A stretch of 64,000 bases of DNA, taken from the sequence record NC_101838.1. One strand, written 5' to 3'. Source of the stretch: a phage. Under the pieces are notes generated by a model. The model searched no databases and was not told the DNA's origin. It was given only the letters and a program-made list of their open reading frames with translations. How positions within the stretch are numbered: the first letter of the stretch is position 1; every line of letters begins with the position of its first letter. The position numbers and the translations under genes were made by a program. Shown one piece after another: positions 36,988 to 46,279 of this stretch.

Positions 36988-37182
36988 TTAGAATATTGCT
37001 TCTTCCATTGCACCTGAGAGCAACAAAGAGGTGATCTGGCTAACATTCATCTCAGACTCTACTTCCTCCCCTTTGAAAGGTTCGCGGCAGAATAGGACTG
37101 TTTCAGGACTTTTACTTCGAACAATATAATACAAATCATTCAATGTGTTGTAGTAATAAGTGTTAAAACGTAAGTTTTTCAT
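36988..37182 (-). CDS. hypothetical protein
   Basis: ORF. Confidence 0.4.
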   Translation of the reverse strand: MKNLRFNTYYYNTLNDLYYIVRSKSPETVLFCREPFKGEEVESEMNVSQITSLLLSGAMEEAIF

Positions 37183-37466
37183 TTTCTAGTCCCCTTCTTA
37201 GATTTTTGTGTAGAAACGCTTTCTGCAATACGAGACAAACGTTCTTCTGAAGCCTTGCCTATTCCAGGTTTTTTGAGTGGGTTATCTTTATGACCACACT
37301 CCAATTGGATATTGGATACCTCTCCAACCTTGTAAGTCAATTCTAGCAAAAGGTTGTCGTCCTTGTCAAATGTTCTTACGATAAATTTTTTATCGTTCTC
37401 CTGAACTTCGTATCGGGTACCCGCAGTATACAGCATGGTGCCATCCGCATAGGATATCCAGATCAT
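37179..37466 (-). CDS. hypothetical protein
   Basis: ORF. Confidence 0.45.
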   Translation of the reverse strand: MIWISYADGTMLYTAGTRYEVQENDKKFIVRTFDKDDNLLLELTYKVGEVSNIQLECGHKDNPLKKPGIGKASEERLSRIAESVSTQKSKKGTRK

Positions 37467-37810
37467 TGAACCTCCTTCTGCTGCAACAGCATTAACTCTT
37501 TGTTGGAGATTTTTACTGCTGTTTTTATTGTTCCATCTTCACGAAACCACGACCAGAACTCTACAGTGTCCCCACTGTCAAGCAAAGCATACCCGTGGTA
37601 GAAGTCTTTGTCCTTAGACAGTTTCTCATCTATGTCTGCATCGACACATTCGTGATCCATAGCATTTTGCCTGAATGCATCGGTTATACCAATGCACGCC
37701 TTGCTCTCAAGACTGGTATATCCGATATCTTTTAATTCAGTTTCCCAAGTCCAGTACCCTATAAAAGCTAAAACAGCTACCCACATTAATAACGTTTTAA
37801 TCTTTGGCAT
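37463..37810 (-). CDS. membrane or secreted protein (N-terminal hydrophobic segment)
   Basis: N-terminus LLMWVAVLAFIGYW. Confidence 0.5.
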   Translation of the reverse strand: MPKIKTLLMWVAVLAFIGYWTWETELKDIGYTSLESKACIGITDAFRQNAMDHECVDADIDEKLSKDKDFYHGYALLDSGDTVEFWSWFREDGTIKTAVKISNKELMLLQQKEVQ

Positions 37811-37872
37811 TCTCTCTACCTCTTTCTTAGTTTATTTCACTATGGCACATCCTTTGTGCCATATCTCAACCA

Positions 37873-38334
37873 CTACTTAAATAGTAGTCCAAAATAGTGC
37901 AAAATTAACAGAAGTTGAACTACACCTAGTGCAACGGCGAGTATGTTAATCTTAGAATCGAAAAACTTCTTAACTTTTACTCTAAAAGGTTCCTTAATGT
38001 CCTTTACGATCCTATTTATAGATGATTTCATATCCCTGATTACCATCCTAAACATTAGAGACGGATCTTCCTTCTCTGTAATAGAATCGAAAACATACTC
38101 TCTTCGGTCATAAGGGCCTCCAGATCTGCGTATTAACCTCTCCACAGAGACCTCGTACGACACACCTGTAACGTAATCATCTATGATAAGTAGTGACGGG
38201 TCTTTATCGTCCAAGGGTATTAAAGTTATCTTTCCAGATTTTGTTAAAATTTCTCCTTTTTCAAGCAAGGTGTACCAATGCTCTCTACCAAGATTGTTGA
38301 GGCACGTTTTTACATATTTAACAAACATCGTCAC
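37873..38334 (-). CDS. C-terminally membrane-anchored protein
   Basis: C-terminal hydrophobic helix ILAVALGVVQLLLILHYFGLLF. Confidence 0.5.
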   Translation of the reverse strand: MTMFVKYVKTCLNNLGREHWYTLLEKGEILTKSGKITLIPLDDKDPSLLIIDDYVTGVSYEVSVERLIRRSGGPYDRREYVFDSITEKEDPSLMFRMVIRDMKSSINRIVKDIKEPFRVKVKKFFDSKINILAVALGVVQLLLILHYFGLLFK

Positions 38335-38534
38335 CCCTCATCGCACGTCTGATATAACCACTCTATGAAATCTTGATACCATTCGCCCTCTGAGCGCTCC
38401 GTAGGCCAATAATCTTCACCCTCTCGTGCATTAAAATCTGAGTATTCAACTTTCCACTCCTTTACCAGCTCGTGGAGAAGGTTTTCAGCCTGCTCTAAAG
38501 ATTTATTTTTTGCCATTGCTGTCTCCTTTTTCAA
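38331..38534 (-). CDS. hypothetical acidic protein
   Basis: ORF. Confidence 0.45.
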   Translation of the reverse strand: MKKETAMAKNKSLEQAENLLHELVKEWKVEYSDFNAREGEDYWPTERSEGEWYQDFIEWLYQTCDEG

Positions 38535-38735
38535 GATAGTTATACATCAGAACTGCACCACCTAAGATGGCTACCAGTAACAATATCCCAGATAGCATCT
38601 CAATAAACATGGCTTGAAACACTGGAAGGTCTCCCTAAATTAACGCACCATTTTAAATACATGCTCTTTTCCCATAAAGGTGCCTGGCTAAGATCTGCGT
38701 AGAACGCAATCTCTTTAAGAACAGTATAGATAGTT

Positions 38736-38963
38736 TTAGGTGCGGTCTCCATCCCTACTCTCCTTCCTGATATTCTTGTAGTAATCAACTAGGCACATTA
38801 TTACGATGAAGATAACAACAGGCCAAAAAGGTGCAGCAGTGATGATGGTGATAAAATCATCAAACTTCACCCTTCGTCTGGACACGATGCATACACCTGT
38901 CAAGAATACCGCTGTTATAACGGACATTACCAGGTAACCTATTAGCACAACATTTATACTCAT
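38736..38963 (-). CDS. membrane protein (two hydrophobic helices)
   Basis: Internal ATG chosen; hydrophobic segments. Confidence 0.4.
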   Translation of the reverse strand: MSINVVLIGYLVMSVITAVFLTGVCIVSRRRVKFDDFITIITAAPFWPVVIFIVIMCLVDYYKNIRKESRDGDRT

Positions 38964-38994
38964 TGGTCCTCCCCTTTGTAGGTTAAATTGTATA

Positions 38995-39528
38995 CTACAA
39001 ATGGTCGCTGAGGGTGTCAAGAAAATTATCCCGTTCTTTCTCAGAGTTTTCATGTGTGTAGCTGAAAAACATATCGAGAATAACCTTATTGATATATTCC
39101 AGCTCCTCTGTGTTCAGATGCTTAGCAGGATCTACAATGACATCCCAAATATCATACAGACCACACTCATGATACCCATAACGCCACTCAATTGTCAAGC
39201 TGAGCGGCAAATCTTTACCTTCACAAACAACCTTCCATCTACATATGTTGGTATCTGGTCGTACCTGTGCACGGTAAACCTGCACAAAATCCAATTTGAA
39301 TTTGAGGTACTCGTCATACAATTTAAGCACAAAGCTCTCGATTTGTGGAGACACTTTTGCAGCAAACTGTGCGTATTTGTACTTGCACTGGATGATCTTT
39401 CTGCGTTTTGCAGTTAAATTTTTTGCCGCCAGTTGTTCTTCAGTGTATCTCCACCTACGATCAACAAACGCAACAGGGTCTTTGTCCCCATAGAGGTCTT
39501 CCCAGTTAATCAGAAGCATACCTGTCAC
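38995..39528 (-). CDS. hypothetical protein
   Basis: ORF. Confidence 0.5.
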   Translation of the reverse strand: MTGMLLINWEDLYGDKDPVAFVDRRWRYTEEQLAAKNLTAKRRKIIQCKYKYAQFAAKVSPQIESFVLKLYDEYLKFKLDFVQVYRAQVRPDTNICRWKVVCEGKDLPLSLTIEWRYGYHECGLYDIWDVIVDPAKHLNTEELEYINKVILDMFFSYTHENSEKERDNFLDTLSDHL

Positions 39529-39758
39529 TCCTCCACAACTTCAAGGCCTTTACCGCCTCGCTCTGGCAGATTACTTAAAGATAGGTAATACATATAATCA
39601 GGAGAGATCCTGCCAGACTCTGCACCTGCAGCTAGTAAATCCTTCCCTTTAACCAGGACAACATTCTCGTTTGCAGATAGCCGTTTTGCTTCCACAATTT
39701 TACCAACACAGTCAACCAAGGAAGGGTACCCTAAATCTGTAAGAAATTTAACTTTCAT
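39525..39758 (-). CDS. small protein, MKVK family member
   Basis: MKVKFLTDLGY...DLLAAGA. Confidence 0.5.
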   Translation of the reverse strand: MKVKFLTDLGYPSLVDCVGKIVEAKRLSANENVVLVKGKDLLAAGAESGRISPDYMYYLSLSNLPERGGKGLEVVEE

Positions 39759-39795
39759 GCTACCTCCTACCTACCGTCCCTGGTAAGATAAATTA

Positions 39796-40194
39796 TTACT
39801 GAACAGAGCGCGGTGCTGGGAAGGATAACTCTTCTAAAGAGAAGATTTCATTTCCTACCACCCAAGTTGCTGGGTCATCTGGATCAACAGGTTGGATAAT
39901 CATTACCTCATCCGCCTCGCACACACGTTTCCCACCCATAGTAGCGTCAGCCACTAACATACGCGGCTCTTCAGAAATGCACAGGTAGCCACCTCGGCCC
40001 ACTGTTCCTTCCACGGGATCCTGCCCTTTGACCACAATGAATACCTTCTCTCCTGTGGAGATATTACTTTTCACACTAACAGTTTGACCAACTTTAGATG
40101 TACCGATCTTGGTGGCTTCAAACATTAAATCCCGAATTACTGTTGCATAGTTGCCGGACACTTTCTTACCTTCTTTAGTAATCTCAATCTTCAT
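39796..40194 (-). CDS. hypothetical protein
   Basis: ORF. Confidence 0.5.
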   Translation of the reverse strand: MKIEITKEGKKVSGNYATVIRDLMFEATKIGTSKVGQTVSVKSNISTGEKVFIVVKGQDPVEGTVGRGGYLCISEEPRMLVADATMGGKRVCEADEVMIIQPVDPDDPATWVVGNEIFSLEELSFPAPRSVQ

Positions 40195-40463
40195 AATCTA
40201 GGCTCCTTAAATGAATCTATGTAATCAATTAAATCCCAAGCATCCCTATGACCTGTCAGAGGGTATACTTCTCCAAGAGGGATCATAGCAATAAGTCTAT
40301 CAAAAACCCAATCTGGACGCAACATTTTATGGTGATACTCCCACTCACCTTCTACAGACTTTTTCTGAGTGATCAGGATCTCTGTGTAGTGTTTCGCCTG
40401 TCTTGAGTAGATTGAGAATGACTTGTACATAAATGGCCCCCTCTTGTTGAAAACAAAATACAC
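40191..40463 (-). CDS. hypothetical protein
   Basis: ORF. Confidence 0.45.
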   Translation of the reverse strand: MYFVFNKRGPFMYKSFSIYSRQAKHYTEILITQKKSVEGEWEYHHKMLRPDWVFDRLIAMIPLGEVYPLTGHRDAWDLIDYIDSFKEPRL

Positions 40464-40465
40464 TA

Positions 40466-40750
40466 CTACCAGGTCACTGTCAAGTAGGCAACTGTGTTAT
40501 TTTTCTCCGGAGAGATGCCAACAACATCCACCTGCAGACCTCCTGCCCTCAAATCCCCAACAATGTGTGGGAAGTAGTCTGAGAGGTGTGATGGGAGATT
40601 TATCGAAAATCCACATCCCAGAAAGCCTGCTAACGCTTTATTTTGTATCTCCCCAACAATCGCATCATAAATAGAGTTAAGCTCGTCAGGAAGCGTTACA
40701 GGACGTTTTAGCGCTAACTGGTGTAATTTGTCCTTAGCACTCATTTTCAT
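40466..40750 (-). CDS. hypothetical protein
   Basis: Internal ATG giving ATGA overlap with upstream stop. Confidence 0.4.
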   Translation of the reverse strand: MKMSAKDKLHQLALKRPVTLPDELNSIYDAIVGEIQNKALAGFLGCGFSINLPSHLSDYFPHIVGDLRAGGLQVDVVGISPEKNNTVAYLTVTW

Positions 40751-41280
40751 TTCAGGTCTACCTCTGGTGGTGCCAACCACATAAATGGCGGCAAGTCTAG
40801 ACGGTTTTTCTTGTCCCATACAAAATATGCATATGCCTGCCCATCCGTTCTACCATTAGATTGGAATGACGGACGCTTAGATATTGTGATCACAGTGGTA
40901 GGTGCATTATCAAGCCACCATTCAAATCTGGCCTTGCTTTCCAGAAAATTAAGACGCAAAAGCATAATAACTACGTCGGCATCTTTCAACGCCTTGTCCA
41001 CAAACTCACGAGCCAGGCTGTACGGCGGGTTGGTGATAATACAGTCAACATGGTTGTATTCTGTATTCAGATAGTCAACACCTTCTTGGATTTCTCCCCA
41101 TGCAGATCCTAACGGCATACGGGAGTAGAACACACCTGAGGCACTATTCCTGCAAGGCTCTAAGTAGGTCCAGTCTTCTGGGAACGGAATAAGGTCATAC
41201 AGCCCTTCTGCACACCACTCCGGTGTCACATACTCATCGTAGGCGTTACGTTGTTCATCAGGTTTTCTAGCACAAGTCAT
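40747..41280 (-). CDS. dam: DNA N6-adenine methyltransferase (phage Dam-like)
   Basis: Catalytic motif IITNPPY. Confidence 0.7.
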   Translation of the reverse strand: MTCARKPDEQRNAYDEYVTPEWCAEGLYDLIPFPEDWTYLEPCRNSASGVFYSRMPLGSAWGEIQEGVDYLNTEYNHVDCIITNPPYSLAREFVDKALKDADVVIMLLRLNFLESKARFEWWLDNAPTTVITISKRPSFQSNGRTDGQAYAYFVWDKKNRLDLPPFMWLAPPEVDLK

Positions 41281-41331
41281 GCAAATCTCCAGATCATAAA
41301 AGCCCTCCGAAGAGGGCTTTAGAATTAATGT

Positions 41332-42381
41332 TTAAGCTTCTTCGACAATTCCTGCACCCAGGATTTTTTCATTGAGCTCTTTTGCTGTTTTAATAATATT
41401 GTCCACCAGACGCTTGCGAGTCTTATCTTTCACCTTAACCTCTTCACCTCCGTTCAGAGTAGTCTTCAATTGAGACAGAATATCCTGAAGTTCAACGACA
41501 GAGAATCTCTGCAGATCTTCTGAAGTAATCTCACTCAGGGCAATTCTGACGGTCTCGCCACTTTCCATCTGCAGATTCAGGAACACAGTGTGAACATCAC
41601 CTTTCGAACCACCCGCTTTTGCAGATTCAACAGCATGAACTAACTCATCTAAAGATGTGCACTGGTGAATCTCCGGAAGACCTGCTTCACCTAACACGCC
41701 TTCTTCATCACCTTTTGCCAGAAGCTTTTTCGGTTTTTGTCCGTTCTGGATGCGTTGTATGTTGCCTTCATCCAGAATAATAGCTCCAGTGCGTGCTGCC
41801 AGCTCTTCTCCGTCCAACCACACTTCGCCACCAGCTGTGATGGATGCGATCTCATCTTCTGTCAGCACCCCACCGTAGTATTTTTCGATCAGGCGTTCAA
41901 AACGTTTTTTCCAGTAGCTGACCTGAGTATTCATGTTCACACCGTTACCATAAGTGCCACCTTGATAGTAGTGGAACATAAACTCTGTGTCCGGAGCCAC
42001 AGTACGTTCTTTACAACCAAGCCATAAGATTGTTCCAGCAGAGCAGCACATCCCTTCAGCATGTGCAACAACGCTTGCCTGAGACTCTCGGAATGCCTGC
42101 AGATAAGCCATTGCAATGTGCACGCAACCCCCAGGGCTATTGATGATCACCCGAATGCTCTCTTCCGGCTGAGCCATACGGATCGTCTGCAGACGAGACA
42201 TATGATCTTGTAAGTCTTCCAAATCGTCGATATAAAGAACGTGGTCAACAACAGGTGTTGGGTAGCTGTATGTTTCCATGATACCGCCCGGCATACCAAA
42301 CATTTTATTACTCATAGGTTCGAAACCGTTCTGTTTTTCTTTCATGCCGTGTACCATGGTTCTGCGAGGTGTTAAATTCAT
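41332..42381 (-). CDS. ClpP-family (S14) serine protease-like protein with C-terminal extension
   Basis: INSPGGCVHIAMAYLQAF resembles ClpP signature; candidate Ser in GMCCSAG. Confidence 0.65.
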   Translation of the reverse strand: MNLTPRRTMVHGMKEKQNGFEPMSNKMFGMPGGIMETYSYPTPVVDHVLYIDDLEDLQDHMSRLQTIRMAQPEESIRVIINSPGGCVHIAMAYLQAFRESQASVVAHAEGMCCSAGTILWLGCKERTVAPDTEFMFHYYQGGTYGNGVNMNTQVSYWKKRFERLIEKYYGGVLTEDEIASITAGGEVWLDGEELAARTGAIILDEGNIQRIQNGQKPKKLLAKGDEEGVLGEAGLPEIHQCTSLDELVHAVESAKAGGSKGDVHTVFLNLQMESGETVRIALSEITSEDLQRFSVVELQDILSQLKTTLNGGEEVKVKDKTRKRLVDNIIKTAKELNEKILGAGIVEEA

Positions 42382-42441
42382 GAGAAATCCTTAATATTGG
42401 AAGTTGAAAGCTATTTATTTAAACCTGATTCACATTTACCT

Positions 42442-42753
42442 TTATTTAGCAATCACTATGGAATACTTACGATTGTCAGAAGCATCACAACTCAATGATT
42501 GCCAGTCTACCACATACCACGTATCATTGTCAACAATTACTTTATCGCCTGTTCTGTAGCAAGTGCTGCTTTCAATAATTCGAGACTCGATAAAGAATCT
42601 GTGTCGGCGCTCACGTAGCAACGCTAAGTTAATTATATTACCACCGCTGTCCTTGGTCCACACATTCTTGGATCCCTTATTTGCCAAAATTGTCTCGCCG
42701 TTATAGACAAACAGGCAGTATATTTTATTCAGTTTCTCTTGTATTGTAGCCAT
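42442..42753 (-). CDS. hypothetical protein
   Basis: Internal ATG chosen. Confidence 0.4.
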   Translation of the reverse strand: MATIQEKLNKIYCLFVYNGETILANKGSKNVWTKDSGGNIINLALLRERRHRFFIESRIIESSTCYRTGDKVIVDNDTWYVVDWQSLSCDASDNRKYSIVIAK

Positions 42754-42854
42754 ACTGTCCTTCTCTCTGTTTTGTCCGATAATAATATCTAAAGCTTGCC
42801 TATTTGTCAACAACTGTTTTAGATATTTAAGGGTGGAATAACCACCCTTCTGTA

Positions 42855-43643
42855 TTACTCGGAAACAGGGGTCCAAATATGATTTGCACGATCCTCAATA
42901 AGATTGAGTGCGATTTGACGACCCAACCCGGAACGAACGACATCGTCTGGACTATCAAAGCTGATCATTCCAACCTCAGGATCTGGATGACGAGTAAAGA
43001 AATCCGTCACCCATGCAAGGCCAGATTTACCAGGGATGTCACGTTGGCTATTATCACCCATAATTACAAGGGTGGCTTGATCAGAGATCCTTGTGATAAT
43101 TGACAACATTTCTTCAGGGTTAGTTTGCTGTGCCTCGTCAATCAGGACAAAGCATCGCTCATCGAAACTACGACCACGAATGCTTTCAACTTCACAAATC
43201 TCGATACGACTGTTCTGACCGTCTCCCAGCATTGCGGCAAAAGCACCTTTGCCAACACGACGACAAATCGTGTCCATCATGCTTCGAAGATAGGGCCACA
43301 GTTTCTGCATTGCATTTCCGGGTTTAAATCCTGAAGTCTTTCCTGTCTGGACGTAAGGACGTGCAACAATGATCTTATCAATCTCGTTCTTACGCAGAAG
43401 ATCACCTGCATATGCAGATGCCATAAATGTCTTACCGGATCCAAACACACCGTTTACAATAATAATCTTACGTGACCCTAGATAATCAAGATACTTTTGC
43501 TGCTTCTTATTCATTGGTCGGAGAGCTGGAGCGGTGTGCTCTCTTTCGTCAGCAAATTTCTCAGCAGCCTTACGCAGGCGATCAGATTTGCGAGCCTCTC
43601 TAGCTTCATCACGCATGCGTTTTGTTTCTTTAGCTCGACCCAT
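42855..43643 (-). CDS. phoH: PhoH-like ATPase
   Basis: Walker A GVFGSGKT; Walker B FVLIDEAQQ. Confidence 0.8.
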   Translation of the reverse strand: MGRAKETKRMRDEAREARKSDRLRKAAEKFADEREHTAPALRPMNKKQQKYLDYLGSRKIIIVNGVFGSGKTFMASAYAGDLLRKNEIDKIIVARPYVQTGKTSGFKPGNAMQKLWPYLRSMMDTICRRVGKGAFAAMLGDGQNSRIEICEVESIRGRSFDERCFVLIDEAQQTNPEEMLSIITRISDQATLVIMGDNSQRDIPGKSGLAWVTDFFTRHPDPEVGMISFDSPDDVVRSGLGRQIALNLIEDRANHIWTPVSE

Positions 43644-43681
43644 GTTGGGACTCCTTTCAGATTGAGATGTGCCAAGTACTT

Positions 43682-44032
43682 TTACTGCAACAGTTTTTCA
43701 ATAGCCGCTTCCATGCTGCTTGCAACAGCCTGAACTCGGATATTCATCTCTTCTTGGTGGATCAGCTCCTTAAGCTCTTTAATGGTAAATTCTTTAGAGA
43801 AACCTTCCACCATAATCTTGTGCAAGGCTTCTTGCGTGTCTACTTGCAAGAACTTTTCCAGTTTGTTGGCAGAGGCTTCTAAATCAGCCCGAATACGAGG
43901 GTCATCTGTGCGATTCAGCATTAGGCGTAAGCCATCAAGATTAGTAGAAATAGCATCTGCATGTTGAGTAACTAACCGTGGCAAAATGAGATCTACAAAC
44001 TTATTAGCCAAATCGATACGTTCTTGTGTCAC
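43682..44032 (-). CDS. hypothetical protein
   Basis: ORF (GTG start in track). Confidence 0.45.
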   Translation of the reverse strand: MTQERIDLANKFVDLILPRLVTQHADAISTNLDGLRLMLNRTDDPRIRADLEASANKLEKFLQVDTQEALHKIMVEGFSKEFTIKELKELIHQEEMNIRVQAVASSMEAAIEKLLQ

Positions 44033-44204
44033 TGTTGCACCCCCTCTTCATCTTCATGATGTTTCTTTTCACGCTTGTGTTTTTTCTTAAGCTCAAGCGC
44101 AATCTCTTTCTTGTACGCCTTCTTCAAGGCTTTTTTAGCCATTTGGCACCTCCTCTGCTTTCATTACGACAATTATAACCGACTTAACAAAGCTTTGTCA
44201 ACGA

Positions 44205-44678
44205 TTAGTCAACCTGAACCCAACCATCTGCTACCTTTTTAAACATTCTTTGGTTATCACTGCCTCTAAAGGGTTTTTTGGTGGGGTTATCTTTTTCGTA
44301 CTTACCGTCCATAATGTAATCAACACTATCTTTAATGTAATCGGGGACTTCTTCAAACAAATACCCTGTGTACACCCAGATAGTTTTTGTGTTGCCGAAG
44401 TGTTCACGGATAGCGCGAATGATCGAGTACATACCATCAATATTGTAAGGCGCTAAAGGTTCGCCACCGCATAATGTAACGCCAGTAATGTGTTTCGGCT
44501 TTATAGAGTGAAGTATACTCTCAATAGTGTCATTTGTTAACGGTTCCCCTTTAGCTGGTGACCAAACACTTTTGTTTTGGCAACCGACGCAGTGATGTGG
44601 GCAACCAGAACAGAACACCGTTGTCCTAATGCCTGGGCCGTCAACCATGCTACACTCTATAATATTAACAACATTCAT
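44205..44678 (-). CDS. nrdG: anaerobic ribonucleotide reductase activating protein NrdG (radical SAM)
   Basis: VDGPGIRTTVFCSGCPHHCVGCQN: CxxxCxxC cluster typical of NrdG. Confidence 0.8.
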   Translation of the reverse strand: MNVVNIIECSMVDGPGIRTTVFCSGCPHHCVGCQNKSVWSPAKGEPLTNDTIESILHSIKPKHITGVTLCGGEPLAPYNIDGMYSIIRAIREHFGNTKTIWVYTGYLFEEVPDYIKDSVDYIMDGKYEKDNPTKKPFRGSDNQRMFKKVADGWVQVD

Positions 44679-44911
44679 TCCTTATCCTCTTTTAGGTAAG
44701 GATATTCAGGCCCACAATAAGCTCTATCCAAGAAAACAGCTTCTTCCCCTCTGGAATCAGTAGATCTATAATACCCATCACCATGGTAACTAACGAACCA
44801 GTGGCACCCATCATCGCTTTCTACTGTTGTGGCTCTGTCCGAATGAAAGATAATTTCGTAATCCTTACCGAATGTAAACCATCTGTTAGCTTTTACACAG
44901 ACACCTATCAT
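44675..44911 (-). CDS. hypothetical protein
   Basis: ORF. Confidence 0.5.
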   Translation of the reverse strand: MIGVCVKANRWFTFGKDYEIIFHSDRATTVESDDGCHWFVSYHGDGYYRSTDSRGEEAVFLDRAYCGPEYPYLKEDKE

Positions 44912-45231
44912 AAGGAACCTCTCTTCTGTGATGTGCTTCTATTCAAGATAAACCTATAAAAGTCCATTTGATGAAGCCGTATAACTTTTTATACTTACGC
45001 TTCAGTGCTAACAATTTTATCTTGATTTTCTTGATAGATTTCCGCATTTCGACCCCTTATGCTTATAAGTACTCCGCATCGCATTCAGGGCAATGCCAAA
45101 TAAAATCGTCCAGTGCCTTGCACCAACGAAGATTGCAACGACAACCACACTTGCAAATTTTATAAATACCTGATGACATACTGCACCTCCTTAGTTAATA
45201 GCATGTTTAAGATATGCATATCTTTCTACAA

Positions 45232-46164
45232 TCATTTACCACAAATCTTCTTGTATACCTCTTCTACCGTGTCAAACACTTCAGGCCTGTAGTAGAAAAA
45301 CTCAGTGCTACCGTCAAATTTTACAGGAAAGTTTATTTTATACTTGCTCAAGGCCTTATGCACAGATTTTTCTAAATCTACCATGTTTTGAGTTGATCCG
45401 CTCCATGTTTTTACTACGTGAAGAGTGTGGACACCTGCGCCAGATTTACGAGCACTGTTAAGCACCTCATTTTTCCTCCTGTGCATTTTAACGCATACAC
45501 CGATTTTCATAAGTGTTGGCACTTCTAAGTCATCAACCATAATGTAGAGTTTACCGTACTCATGAGATAAGAATCCATTTTGTGCGCATTTACAGCAGCC
45601 ACGACCACTTTTTAGGTTATTAGGTTTAGCAGACCACTTATACCCACAAATTTTGCACCTACATTGCACTTTTGTGTTATCATTGGCAATTTTCTCTAAT
45701 ATTTCTATGTCTGGGTTGGCTTTGTGGATAATTGCAGCGTGCTCCTTATGGGTTAACGCTTGACTTTGCCCACGTCTTAAGTCATAGCACTCTGGGCAGC
45801 CGTTTCTTTGGTATAAGTGGTTTTCAGGGTATTGTTCAAACACACCGTGTTCAGGGCAAACAATTTTTACAGGCGTTCTCATGTTCGCATATTTGACTAA
45901 TGAGTAATCGTACTTGTCCCCATGAACAGCCATAGCCTCTTTTATGAACTCTTCAGTGTTCTTTTTCGCTGACCCACCACACCTTGGACAACCATGATTC
46001 TTGAAAGCATGTGCCACAGGGGTTTGCCAGAACTCACCGTGCTCAGGACAAATTATACACACAGGTGTCTTGTTGTTTTTATACTCCACTTTGAAGTAAT
46101 CATATTTGTCACCATGTATAGTCTGAGCTTTTTCTATAAACTCTTCGGTTGTTAGTCTTCTCAT
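45232..46164 (-). CDS. free-standing homing-endonuclease-like protein (duplicated zinc-binding module plus T5orf172-like domain)
   Basis: Two repeats of HGDKYDY...CPEHG...GCP(R/E)C; C-terminal KIGVC...GSTEFF resembles T5orf172-type domain; own promoter. Confidence 0.55.
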   Translation of the reverse strand: MRRLTTEEFIEKAQTIHGDKYDYFKVEYKNNKTPVCIICPEHGEFWQTPVAHAFKNHGCPRCGGSAKKNTEEFIKEAMAVHGDKYDYSLVKYANMRTPVKIVCPEHGVFEQYPENHLYQRNGCPECYDLRRGQSQALTHKEHAAIIHKANPDIEILEKIANDNTKVQCRCKICGYKWSAKPNNLKSGRGCCKCAQNGFLSHEYGKLYIMVDDLEVPTLMKIGVCVKMHRRKNEVLNSARKSGAGVHTLHVVKTWSGSTQNMVDLEKSVHKALSKYKINFPVKFDGSTEFFYYRPEVFDTVEEVYKKICGK

Positions 46165-46236
46165 TACCAGACCAGACCCTTCCGCTATTCACTTTATATT
46201 GCATACTATAGAAAAGAGGAATAGAAGTCAATAAAA

Positions 46237-46275
46237 ACAAAAAAAAAAATGAGAGCATCCTTGCTCTCCACCTCT
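46237..46275 (-). terminator. rho-independent terminator after nrdD (minus strand)
   Basis: GAGAGCAAGGATGCTCTC hairpin followed on minus strand by a long T-run. Confidence 0.6.
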
Positions 46276-46279
46276 TTCC

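Noticed and set aside
38600-38788. Track ORF 38600..38788 (62 aa, minus strand)
   Set aside because: Overlaps the better-supported membrane protein ORF and lacks an RBS; a 30-codon hydrophobic ORF near 38598 is also possible but too uncertain to report.
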